A stretch of 64,000 nucleotides of DNA from an uncultured bacterium (lineage in GTDB: Bacteria; Chloroflexota; UBA5177; JANWHV01), in NCBI GenBank assembly GCA_963729625.1, contig CAVSOU010000008.1:928001-992000 (forward strand). Direction: 5' to 3'. Shown one piece after another: positions 31,631-41,424 of this stretch. Within the stretch, counting starts at the first letter, position 1; every line of letters starts with the position of its first letter. Position numbers and translations under genes: made by a program. The notes below the pieces were generated by a model. It was not told the origin of the DNA. It ran no database searches and saw only the letters and a list, made by a program, of their open reading frames with translations.

Positions 31631-33133
31631 TCAGCTCGGCTTGAGATGCCACTCCTTCCGGACGATTGCCAGCACCGTCGCTGCCACGCGTTGGGCGCCT
31701 CCACGGCTGAGATGGATGCCGTCAGCCTCCCGCACGTACATCCACTGCCCGCCCACCTGCAGCGCGTCGGCGTAGGCGCCGTGGTCGGTCACCAGCGGCA
31801 GTATGTCCACGTACTCGGCGCCCGGTATGCCGGCGGCCGCCTGGCGCAGCGCGAGATCGATCTGGAGGTCCGTGGCCGCCATGCTGCTGCTCCGCGCCGG
31901 TGGCATGGCGAGCCAGTAGACGCGCCGCACGCCGCCTTCGAGCCAGGTGCGCATGCAGATACGCGCCCGGCGGCGGTATTCCTGCAGCCACTGCTTCGTG
32001 CCCTGGTAGACGATCTGCCCGTTGGCCAGCACCATGTTCTGCGCGTCGTTGCCGCCGAGCAGCACCACCACCGCATCGGGATGGTAGTTCTCCGCTTGCT
32101 GCTTCGCAACGAGCGACCAATCCACGAAGTCCGGACGGACCAGGCCCGTGCCGTAGTGAATGTCCACGGAGCCCCTGACCATCCCGTTCGAGCCGGCTAG
32201 GTCCACCAGGTCGGGACCGAAGTACTCGCTCAGCGAGTCGCCGGTGACCAGGAGACGCAACGGCCGGTCTGCAGTGATGCGGGGCAGTGGCGGCCCGGGC
32301 GGCGTCGCGGTGGCCGTGGGCGTGCGGGTAGCCTTGCGAGTATGGATAGGCTCGGGCGTGCTGGTAGCCGTGCGAGTAGCGGTGACCCTGGGCGCGTGCG
32401 CAGCTCTGGCTGTGCGGGTCGCACCGTACGTGCGGGTCGCGTTGAGGGCTCTGGTGGTCGCATAGACACCTGCGGAATCCGGCGCGTCCGGCGGCGTGCC
32501 GGCCGAGTGCGCTCGCCTGAGCGGTGCAGGGACGAGCCCGGTGGCGCGCGAGGGCGATTGGCTTCCGCCGGAAGGGTCACACGGGTGAGCGGGTCCGGCA
32601 CAATCCGAGAGCCCCGAGCTGAGCGGATTCCGCGCGACCGCGACGGAGCCGCGGCCAGGCGGCGCGGCATGAGTGGGAGTGCTCGCAGCCGCCCTCGAGG
32701 CGTTCTTCACGACATCCTGCCGCGTGGGATGACGTGCAAGGCTCGTGGCGCGAGCGGTGGGCGCCTGGCCCGTGGAGACCACCTGCCGTGAGGAAACCAT
32801 GACCACTCGCCGCAGCACGCGAGCCGGTTCCGTGGCCGGCGCCGTGGTTGCGCCGGACGTGTCATCTGCGCTCGCCAGCAGCAGCGGTGCAGTCGCCGGC
32901 TGCGGCTCGTTGCCAAGAGCGGCGTCGATCCGATCGCGCGGCCAGGTGAGGCCTGTCGGCTCCGCGACCCAGACTGCCGCGCGACCGATGACAAGCGTCG
33001 AGTCGTGCATGAAGCCGGCGGGCATCTCGCTCGCGTCGTGCACGACGGAGTGGGCGCAGAGCAGCAGCGCCAGGCTCAGTGCCAGGTAGACGGTCACCAG
33101 CACCTGGCGAATGGAGCTCAGCGGCGACGGCAC
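31631..33133 (-). CDS. SGNH/GDSL hydrolase (DUF459-like) with a long Ala/Thr/Pro-rich stalk
   Basis: LLVTGDSLS, GTGLVRPDFVDW, LGGND, DGIH catalytic blocks; N-terminal TM. Confidence 0.8.
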   Translation of the reverse strand: MPSPLSSIRQVLVTVYLALSLALLLCAHSVVHDASEMPAGFMHDSTLVIGRAAVWVAEPTGLTWPRDRIDAALGNEPQPATAPLLLASADDTSGATTAPATEPARVLRRVVMVSSRQVVSTGQAPTARATSLARHPTRQDVVKNASRAAASTPTHAAPPGRGSVAVARNPLSSGLSDCAGPAHPCDPSGGSQSPSRATGLVPAPLRRAHSAGTPPDAPDSAGVYATTRALNATRTYGATRTARAAHAPRVTATRTATSTPEPIHTRKATRTPTATATPPGPPLPRITADRPLRLLVTGDSLSEYFGPDLVDLAGSNGMVRGSVDIHYGTGLVRPDFVDWSLVAKQQAENYHPDAVVVLLGGNDAQNMVLANGQIVYQGTKQWLQEYRRRARICMRTWLEGGVRRVYWLAMPPARSSSMAATDLQIDLALRQAAAGIPGAEYVDILPLVTDHGAYADALQVGGQWMYVREADGIHLSRGGAQRVAATVLAIVRKEWHLKPS

Positions 33134-33191
33134 GGCTACGAAGTCCCTTCCGTGCCTCTACACGAGCAGGTCGCCGTAGCCACGCGATCCG

Positions 33192-34424
33192 TCATGGTAA
33201 CTGGCTTGGAAACGGGCCAAGATAGGCGAACGCCGTGATGTTACGGACGGGCAGCGCGATCGGCGCCAGGGTGCCGCCGGCCAGATCGAGCACCGCCAGA
33301 CCCGTGGCATCGGTCGACGACTTGGCCACGATCAGATGGCGGCTATCCAGCCAGCCCCACGGCTCGAGGTTCAGCGGCACGCTCGTCATCGCACCTCCGG
33401 GCTGCACCAGGCGCAGCTCGCTGCCATCGCTCAGAGCGATGGTCTTCCCATCGGGCGACGCAACGCCCTCCACAAAACCGTACGCGACGCGCAGCTCATC
33501 AGAGAACGGCGTCGAGCTCCCATCCCAATGCGCGACAGAGAGGGAACCCGGCCCGCCGTTCGTGTCGCGTTGCCAGCACGCCGTGCCGGCGGCCGACAGC
33601 GGTCCTGAGGGAGAGATCCCGGTAATATAGTCGCCGGCGCATATCGTGGCCAGGCGCCGGCCGGTGTCCGGATTGACCAGATGATAGCCGTTCGCCGCGG
33701 CGTAGGGGTTTTGCCACGCGTACTGCTGGGTTCCGACCGGGCCGACCGCCACCACCAGGTTGCCCCGGTACCAGCCGACAGGCCATTCGCTCGTATTGGA
33801 ATCGAAGGTCTGCTCGAAGATCTCTTGATGATGCGCACCGCTCCCGAGATCCTCGACATAGAGGCGGAGATCGTTGCGAGCATCCACGTAGTTCGGATGG
33901 CCCGCCAACGGCAGATAAGTTCTCTCGGCCACCGCGATTCGCCGATCATCCGGGCTTACGGCGAATCCGACGAGCGTGGCAGGGCCGCCGTGTACGGTCG
34001 CCGCCAGGCGGGTGCGTCCATCTGAGCTCAGCGAGATGACGCGTGTGTCGCCGTCCAGGTAGTACACACGGTTGCGCGTGGCGCTGACCGATGTGGGATA
34101 CACCGGCACGGCGCCCGGAAAGACGCAACAGGTCTTGGCGGCGGCGCCCGGTGGAATATAGTCGCCCCCGGGCAGGCAGCACGATACCCCGCGGCCGGCG
34201 GCATGCGCGACGATACGGCCGTGCGCATCCACCAGGTAGACGGCGTTGCCCACGCCAAAGACCGCGTACGTCTGGCGAGGCACGGCAGCAGTCGAGCGTG
34301 CCACGGGCCCGGCCGCGCGCGCGGCATATGCAGCTCCAGCCGGGGCCGACGCGATCAGAGCCAGCGCGACGCCCAGGAACAGACAGCGCCGCCCAACAGT
34401 CGACAGCCGATTCAGGCTTGCCAT
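33192..34424 (-). CDS. Secreted TolB-like beta-propeller protein
   Basis: GAGGAGG then ATG 34424; signal peptide; VSPDDRRIAV, ASPDGKTIA, WGWLD blades. Confidence 0.7.
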   Translation of the reverse strand: MASLNRLSTVGRRCLFLGVALALIASAPAGAAYAARAAGPVARSTAAVPRQTYAVFGVGNAVYLVDAHGRIVAHAAGRGVSCCLPGGDYIPPGAAAKTCCVFPGAVPVYPTSVSATRNRVYYLDGDTRVISLSSDGRTRLAATVHGGPATLVGFAVSPDDRRIAVAERTYLPLAGHPNYVDARNDLRLYVEDLGSGAHHQEIFEQTFDSNTSEWPVGWYRGNLVVAVGPVGTQQYAWQNPYAAANGYHLVNPDTGRRLATICAGDYITGISPSGPLSAAGTACWQRDTNGGPGSLSVAHWDGSSTPFSDELRVAYGFVEGVASPDGKTIALSDGSELRLVQPGGAMTSVPLNLEPWGWLDSRHLIVAKSSTDATGLAVLDLAGGTLAPIALPVRNITAFAYLGPFPSQLP

Positions 34425-34672
34425 GTGTCGATCCACCTCCTCACAGGTGCAGACGCCTCTACGATCATTGACACGCGGCCAAGGTTGGCCGTTGGTTGGC
34501 CCCAGGGCCATTCAGTGTGCGCCTTTCCACAGCGGAGGCCGGCTTGACAAGCAGGAGATGAGGTTTTGGGGACACCCCAAGCCGCCGGGGTCCTGCGGTC
34601 CCCTGCAACCCAGGTCCTACCGCCTACCCATGCTTCAACACGTTGTGACTCTGTTTCAGTCTCTCCTGTCGT

Positions 34673-36589
34673 TTATAGTCCCGGCACGTACGGAAGCTTC
34701 AGTGCCGGATCGTTCCAGTGCGTCACCACGCCGTCCACCGTTGCCTTGGCCCCCGACGAGGAATCCGTCGTGCTCGCGGTCTCCTCCACGAGGCGACTCG
34801 TCGCCGGATCCACCCAGAACGTGCCGGATCCGTTTGTGGTGGAGAACTCATAGCCCTGCACGCGCTGGCCGCCGATGGTCGAGGCGCCGATGGGCGTCAG
34901 CGGGCCGGACACGCTCCCACTGTTGAGCGCCACCTGGGGCAGGAGCTGGCCGAGGTTGATCGTGCCGCCCATCCAGCTCACGGTGTCGATGCGTCCGCAC
35001 GACCACGCGCCGCCGTTGACGCGCAGGCAACCCCTGTCACCGCGGCCGGCGGCGTCGATGGTCTCCACGGAAGTGCTTCCCAGCATATTGATGGGCACGG
35101 TGCCGGTCAGGTAGAAGGCGCCGTTCGGCGCTGCCCCGACCACCACATAGTGCAGGTGCATGCTCACGCTGCCCGCCCAGGTCGAGCCGCTGGCGTCGAT
35201 GGTCAGCTCGAAGCTCCTGCCGGCGAGCAGGGCGGCGATGATGCGCTGCACGGTCATCGGCCCGACCGGGGTGGGCAAGGGAGGTGGGGGCGGCACGCGG
35301 GTGGGAACTGTGGTCGGCGTTGCCGCGACGTCAATATAGAACGTGGTCTCGTCCGAGCCGAATCGGCCGCCTGCCAGCGAGTAGGCGTCCAGCATCAGTT
35401 TCGCCAAGCCGCTAGGCCCAGTCAGGCGGACAGTGCGGCACTGCTGGCCGCTGGCCTTCTGATTGACCAGCACGCGTGAAGCCTCTCCGACCACAACGAG
35501 CCGCACCTGGAGCCATGCCGGACTCGTCACGTTAGTACAGTAACCCACGTTCTCGCCAATTCGCGTTTCGTAATTGTTCAGACTGACCGTGGCCTGAAAG
35601 GAAGTGCCTGAGGTAGTTGACAACCGGATCCGGACGATGGGAGCAATCGTACCACTGAGCTGTGCCTGTGCGCGTTCGACGGCCATCTTGGCGAAGTCGT
35701 AGAACATCGCCGTGATCCGTAGGGCGAGCTTGGCCAGTGAGTAAGCGTCTGCTATCGCTCCCAGCTGTTTCATGGCAGCCTGGACTGCCGATGTTGTGAC
35801 GGCGACATGCCCGGCGACGCTGATGCCTTTCGCAATGAGTGGTGCCAATCGCGCCAAAGCCCACGGCTTGGCAAGCACTTTGCCGAGCGATGTGGTCAGG
35901 TCGGCGCTGGCCCAGACGATGTCAGGCAAGGACGTAGCATTGGCGTACTTGTACAGTGCAGCGAACGGAGCGGTGTAGTCATTCACGCTCATCAGTTCCG
36001 CTGCTGCCGCGAAGATGTCGGGCGCGGCGTTGAGCACGGCCGCTGGGTCCACGTCGATAGCCGGCACCGTACCGCCCGTTTGAAGGCTCTGTGCCACCAC
36101 GTAGACCTCGACCAAACTGATTCCCATCTCAAGCTCGTCGGCAAGCACTGCATTCGAATCGCAGGGATTCAGATCAACACTGGCATACTGGTCGGCGCCG
36201 CTGAAAGCCAGGTCAAGGGTCAGGTGCTGCTTGGGGCCGAAATAGCCGTATTTCCATAGCGTGGATCGGGTGCCGACGACGGCCCCGGCCCGAGAGGCGT
36301 CTACGGCGTAGAAGAGAGCCAGGTTGTTAGTAATCGGTAACGTGAAGCGGGCTGCACCACCCTGGATGGGCGCGGTCGTCACGTCTTGCGACGGGTTGTC
36401 GATAGCGATCTGCCAGTGGGCTGCCAGGGCGGTCCGCTCGTAGGACAGATCACGGCCGTGGGCGTGGGCAGCGTTGCCGCCACCGGATAGACCGGTCGTG
36501 AGCAGCAAGAAAGGCAAGGTGAGGCAGCACCAGAACATGTGACGATTGGGCCGATCCCTAAGCACTGCACCGAGTGACCTTCGCATCAC
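34673..36589 (-). CDS. Secreted multidomain protein: helical region, Ig-like domain, Pro linker and C-terminal LppX/LolA-like domain
   Basis: Signal-like N-terminus; C-terminal G..TIGG....GY......TFWVD..T.RL...T pattern of LolA-fold lipoprotein-like domains (inferred by eye). Confidence 0.6.
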   Translation of the reverse strand: MMRRSLGAVLRDRPNRHMFWCCLTLPFLLLTTGLSGGGNAAHAHGRDLSYERTALAAHWQIAIDNPSQDVTTAPIQGGAARFTLPITNNLALFYAVDASRAGAVVGTRSTLWKYGYFGPKQHLTLDLAFSGADQYASVDLNPCDSNAVLADELEMGISLVEVYVVAQSLQTGGTVPAIDVDPAAVLNAAPDIFAAAAELMSVNDYTAPFAALYKYANATSLPDIVWASADLTTSLGKVLAKPWALARLAPLIAKGISVAGHVAVTTSAVQAAMKQLGAIADAYSLAKLALRITAMFYDFAKMAVERAQAQLSGTIAPIVRIRLSTTSGTSFQATVSLNNYETRIGENVGYCTNVTSPAWLQVRLVVVGEASRVLVNQKASGQQCRTVRLTGPSGLAKLMLDAYSLAGGRFGSDETTFYIDVAATPTTVPTRVPPPPPLPTPVGPMTVQRIIAALLAGRSFELTIDASGSTWAGSVSMHLHYVVVGAAPNGAFYLTGTVPINMLGSTSVETIDAAGRGDRGCLRVNGGAWSCGRIDTVSWMGGTINLGQLLPQVALNSGSVSGPLTPIGASTIGGQRVQGYEFSTTNGSGTFWVDPATSRLVEETASTTDSSSGAKATVDGVVTHWNDPALKLPYVPGL

Positions 36590-36804
36590 GCCCTCATTTC
36601 TGCCGTGGTTGGCAATCTTCAGACGGGCTGCCGCGTCGCCTGTTCGCGATGCCGACGGTATGGCTTATGCAGCCTGTCATTGGGATGCCTTCTTCCCCGA
36701 CAGCGCCCGTAACCACACCGGCTGGCGCGCGCTCGTCGCCATCTGTTGTCGTCTATTCAGGTCGACGCGGCCTGCCCGAGCGTGAAACTCGCGCGGTTGT
36801 AGCA

Positions 36805-36838
36805 ATCCTAGCACCCGAGCATTAGGCCGGCGTTAGGC
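36805..36838 (-). promoter_or_regulatory. Tandem-repeat promoter element, copy 10
   Basis: Minus strand GCCTAACG-ccg-GCCTAATG-ctcggg-TGC-TAGGAT upstream of CDS 36589. Confidence 0.88.
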
Positions 36839-36894
36839 GCCGCCGCCCTGCTCGAAGCTTGGCCGGCGCCCGCTCCGCGCCCCCGATGGGCACG

Positions 36895-37485
36895 CTATCG
36901 CGTTCCCGCCTTGCAGGCAGGCTGGAACCACTGCGAGTTCCTCGCTCTGGACGGCACCCCCGCACTGGGCCCAAACTCGGTGCTCAGAGAATCGTACACG
37001 TAAGCACGTTGCAGACGTGACGCAAACATGCGCGCGTCGATCATTCGCACGTTGCAGACCATCGGGTGCGAGGCGACCAATGTGACCGGCGCCTGGCGCA
37101 TCGGCCCTCCAGCGCAGCTCTTGGTGCACAGGTCGTAGTTATACGTGCCGACCGCCGATGCCATCGCCAGGGAGTGTCGCGTCCAGCGCAGGTTGGTAAA
37201 GCCGTCGTGGTTGTCGATCGCTATCGTCGCCGGGAAGTGCGGCCAGCTCCAGAGCCTGCCCAGCATCACACCATTGAGAACGTACAGCTCCGGCTGCTGG
37301 ACGGCCACATGCGTGGCCGGCGAACTGGACCATATTGGCCCGCTGGATGTGATACCATCGGCGGACCATCGGGCAGGAGCCACCCGTGCTGCTACCTGTC
37401 CCGCTCCGTCGCCCTGATAAAGTGCAACGCCCATGATCGCCAGGCCGAGCACGGCCAGCCGCTGAGCTCCTCTGGCAGTTCTCAT
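36895..37485 (-). CDS. Small secreted hypothetical protein
   Basis: GGGAGG...ATG; signal peptide; LRW...A.G....DLC..SCAGG...PVTL motif. Confidence 0.65.
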   Translation of the reverse strand: MRTARGAQRLAVLGLAIMGVALYQGDGAGQVAARVAPARWSADGITSSGPIWSSSPATHVAVQQPELYVLNGVMLGRLWSWPHFPATIAIDNHDGFTNLRWTRHSLAMASAVGTYNYDLCTKSCAGGPMRQAPVTLVASHPMVCNVRMIDARMFASRLQRAYVYDSLSTEFGPSAGVPSRARNSQWFQPACKAGTR

Positions 37486-37564
37486 CGTCGGGTATCCTCC
37501 CTAATCTACTGGCGTTCGGATCCAGGTGGACGGGCGCGGCGCATTCGCGCCGGTCATCGCGCAC

Positions 37565-37597
37565 ATACTGGCACGCGAGCATAGGCCGGCGTTAGCC
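37565..37597 (-). promoter_or_regulatory. Tandem-repeat promoter element, copy 11 (degenerate, 1-nt deletion)
   Basis: Minus strand GGCTAACG-ccg-GCCTATG-ctcgcg-TGC-CAGTAT upstream of CDS 37485. Confidence 0.65.
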
Positions 37598-37608
37598 GGC
37601 ACCGACGC

Positions 37609-40600
37609 CTATACAGGACGCCAGTCCATGCTGGTCTGACCGACGTAGTACACGCGGTTCCCCTCCAGCGCCAGCACGGTGATGGTCATGGGAGTGCCTG
37701 CTGATGGCGGCGTGCCGCTGCCTCCCGGCAGGAAGTCCACGTGAAGTGTGGCCGCCTTACCGGCCTGCACCACGACCGGCGCGCTCTTGGCCAGATAGGT
37801 GACCGGGTACGCACCCTGGGGTACCGGCAGGGTGTGCTGCGCGTGCTGGTACGTGACGACAGCCTGGAAGATGGCCCCAACTTTCCCCGCGCGCACCGGT
37901 ACGTCGAGCGTCGCCGTGTGCGTCTGCAGCAGGGCCGCCTGCTCCTGCATCACCAGCTTGCCGAGACTGCCGGTCGGCGCCGGCGGCACCTTGCCCCTCT
38001 CAAAGCCCGCGAGCACAAGCTTCGCATTCGTCGTGATCGACGCCGCCAGCGGGATGCCGGAGAGGGAGGTGGCAGTCGCCGTGCTCACCAGCTGCGCGTC
38101 CTCCGCCTCCTTCCCCAGCGCCTGCAGCGCCTGGAACGCCAGCTTGGTCCCCTTGTAGGCCAGTCCACCCCAGCCTCCCACGGGTAGCGAGAGCGCCGTC
38201 AGGCTCCAGCAGAGCGCCGTATCCGCGAAGAAGTTGTCGAACACGGTCGTGTCTTTGTCGGAACTCGATCGCAGGGTGTAGGCCGTGGTGAGCAGATTGG
38301 AGAGGGCTTCGAGCTCGCCGGCAAGGCGGTTGTTGGCGCTGGTCACCGACGCCAGCGCCGCCTCCATCGCTCTAGCCTGGCTCGTCGAAGGGGGATGGGC
38401 ACGCACGGCTGCCTCGGCCGCTTTCGCCGCCGCATCGACCTGCTGCTTATCGGCCTGGATCTGCGTGCTCAACGCCGCGCCGGCGCGCGGATCTCCGGTG
38501 ATGAGCCAATCGACCAGCCCGGCCACGCCTGCGTCGTAGCCCGCCTTGGCCAGGTGCTTGGCCGCGTCCTTGCCCAGGTGCCGGGCGGCATCGGCAACGA
38601 GCGCCTTGGTGTTGGTGAGCGACATCTGCCCGATGAAATCGTGCAGGCTGCCCTGCCAGAGGTCCTTGGCCGCACTCCCGGCGGAGAGCGCATCGAGGAT
38701 GATCGTGGCTGCTCCCTGCAGGGCATCGCTCTTCAAATGCTGGCGAAAGTAGAGTACCGCTTGCCGTCGCGCCGCCTCTCCCTGCTGCAGTTGGTCCAGC
38801 CCCTTGTCGCTGGTGGCGCGCAGGTGCTCGATCGCCGCGAGGAGGCTGTCCAGCTGCTGGGGCGGGGGCGCGACGGGTTGGAGGGCGAAGGAGCTATAAG
38901 TAGCGCCTTGCTCGGTGCCGACGCCAGATGCGATCATGCTTGGGCGATGGGACTGCAGGCTGTACAGATAGAGCGTCGACGTTCTATTAGGATATGCACC
39001 TAGCGGTTGCTGCAAGATGAGGCCGCGGTCACCATCCACGAACGCAGTAGGATAACCTGGGAATGCCAGGCGCTGTAAAGAACCGGAGCCGATAGTGAAC
39101 ACGAAACACGCCGGTTCCTGGAGACCGCGATACGCGTCCAGGAGATCAGCAAACGCGAATCCGGAACTATCTGGCTGCCAAACTACGAGGGACGGCAGCG
39201 TGCCGTAGTAAGCCCAGTACGGCATCTGCGCGTTGCCAGTGTAGACCTCGCGTGTCACGCTACCCACTGCGACAAGCTTGAGCACGTAGTGCTGGGAATT
39301 GCTGGTATATGCGCTGGCAAGGACGTGCCGCCCGTTCGGCGCCCACGCTAGAACCAAGTCAGCTGGAGGCACAACCGTCCGAAGGATGTGCCCTGACCGA
39401 TCGAGCAGCCAGCGATCAAAGACGTAGCCGCCCGGGAGAGACACCCACTGATTGTTGTTTGCCATCCACTCCGCCGCAGGGTCAAGCAAGGTCGCCCGGC
39501 CCCCACCGGCTGGCATGACCATCTTGCGACCACTGCAACTGGTGTTGGTGCAACTTGAATACACCGAGTACGCTATGAGGCGGTCATCCGGCGACCACGA
39601 TGGAATGGCGCCCTGCCCAATGCGTGCCAGGACATCACCTTTGAGCGAGAGCACGACCAGCTCGGGGTCACTGGCAGGCATGCCCGCTCGGAAACTCGTG
39701 GCACCCTCGGCAACTACCAGGCGAGTGCTGTCATGCGACCATGCAAGGGAAGACCACGCGGGGAGTGCGAATCTAGAAGCCATACGTTGCGCCTGGCCAG
39801 TCATACGGTCCCAGATCCACAGGTCTGCCGTGTCCGCGCTCGTGACCTCCTTTGGAAACGCCAGATACCGCCCGTTAGGCGACCAGGTATCGTCATGCCA
39901 CCAGGCCCTTTCAAATGAGCGTGCCTCCGACAGCACGACCTTCGTCCCGTCTAGAGGGTCAACCACGGCGAGCTGGCCGGCCGTACCCATGACGGCAATT
40001 CGTGATCCGTCGGGGGCCCACTGAAGACCTTGAGCCGGCCACGGCGTGCCGAGCACTCGTGCGGGGCCGCCACTAATCGGCTTAACGTACGGGACGCCGC
40101 TGGCTACATAGGCCACCAACTGGCCGGGCGAAGCCTGGATCGGTCTGCCAGGGCTGGCGCCGGCCGCCTGAGGCGCCTTATAGATCTCAGCGTCGGTCGT
40201 CGGCACGGAGTGCGCTCCCCCCGTCCACCCACCTGTAATCAGCTCGCACCCGTCATTTAGCGAGACGAGCTGCGCTCCTGTATGCGGCGCCAGCAGCGGG
40301 GCGTCGAGCGACCACTTCCCCGTAGACGGGTCATAGATCTCGCTCTGCAGTATCGGATTGCCTCGCGCGTCAGTGCCGCCTGCCACGAGCACGCGTCCGT
40401 CTGCGAGAGTTGCAACGCCGAATCCCACGCGGCCGACGTGCAGCGAGCCAGTGCGCGACCACTGGCCGGTAGAGGGATCATAGACCTGCGCGTCGGGGTA
40501 GGCAGTGTTGTTGGCGGAGCCGCCTATCAACAGCACCCGACCGTCATCCAGCAGGGACAGCTCGAAGCTCCAGCGCGGATTTGCATAGCTGCCAGTGATC

Positions 40601-41368
40601 GACCAACGGCCGGTCGCCGGGTCGTAAAGCTCGGCCTGTGGACTGGTCTTGTTCCACGGGCCTTCGCCTCCAACCATCAACACACGACCGTCGTGCAGAA
40701 GCACGCCTGTGAGGTTGCCCTCGCGCGCTATGTTGACGTCGCCGGTGAAAGTCCAGCGGCCGGTGGCGGGATCGTAGAATCTCGGAGCTGTACTGGAAGC
40801 GGTTCCCGTCGGGAACGCCATGCCCGCCGGTGGCAACCAGTACGTTCCCATCTTGAAGAGCGACGACGAGCGAATTGCGACGCGGGACGTTCAGGCTTCC
40901 GGTGCTCGACCACGTTCCCGTAGCCGGATTGTAGAGCTCGGCGGATGCGAGGTCGCCACTGCCATCCCACGCCGTGGCTCCGCCGACCAGGAGGATTCGT
41001 CCGTCCTTGAGCGGCACAGCCGAGTTCGTCCAGGTAGACCGCGGTTGATTCACCCTACCTGTTGGCGTCCATCGTCCGGTTGCGGGATTGTACAGATCGG
41101 TAGCACCGGTGAGCACACTGTTGCGGCTGTCGGAGTACCCGCTGATCGCGAGCACCCGGCCATCCCGGAGCTTGACAAGCGAGCCCGCCGAGTGTGCCGC
41201 GAGCATGGACCCGGTCTCCGACCATGCGCCGGCGTAGGTCATGGGCGCTGCCGTGCGCATCGGGGCGCTCGCGAGCGTGGACCGGTTCGGGGCCAGAAGG
41301 CCGGACACGAGTACGGCCGCGGAACAGAGGGCTGCGCCATTCGGATGCCACCAGCGTTTCACGTCCAA
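37609..41368 (-). CDS. Large secreted protein: Kelch propeller, TolB/PD40-like propeller, helical domain and beta-sandwich; +1 frameshift near 40779
   Basis: Signal peptide; repeats L.DGRVL..GG...AE.YDP.TG.W..TG; WAPDG/WSPNG/WSHDS blades; ORFs 40544-41368 and 37609-40851 join at SEI/YDP. Confidence 0.8.
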
Positions 41369-41424
41369 TTCCCTTCTACCCCGACAGGGCCCGGATCCAC
41401 GCCAGCTGGCGCGGGGGGTTAGGA

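Noticed and set aside
3768-39881. Single GCCTAAC/ATTAGG half-sites inside genes (e.g. ~3769, ~16127, ~39874)
   Set aside because: No second repeat at 11 bp and no -10 box at the fixed distance; explained by Pro-Asn codons
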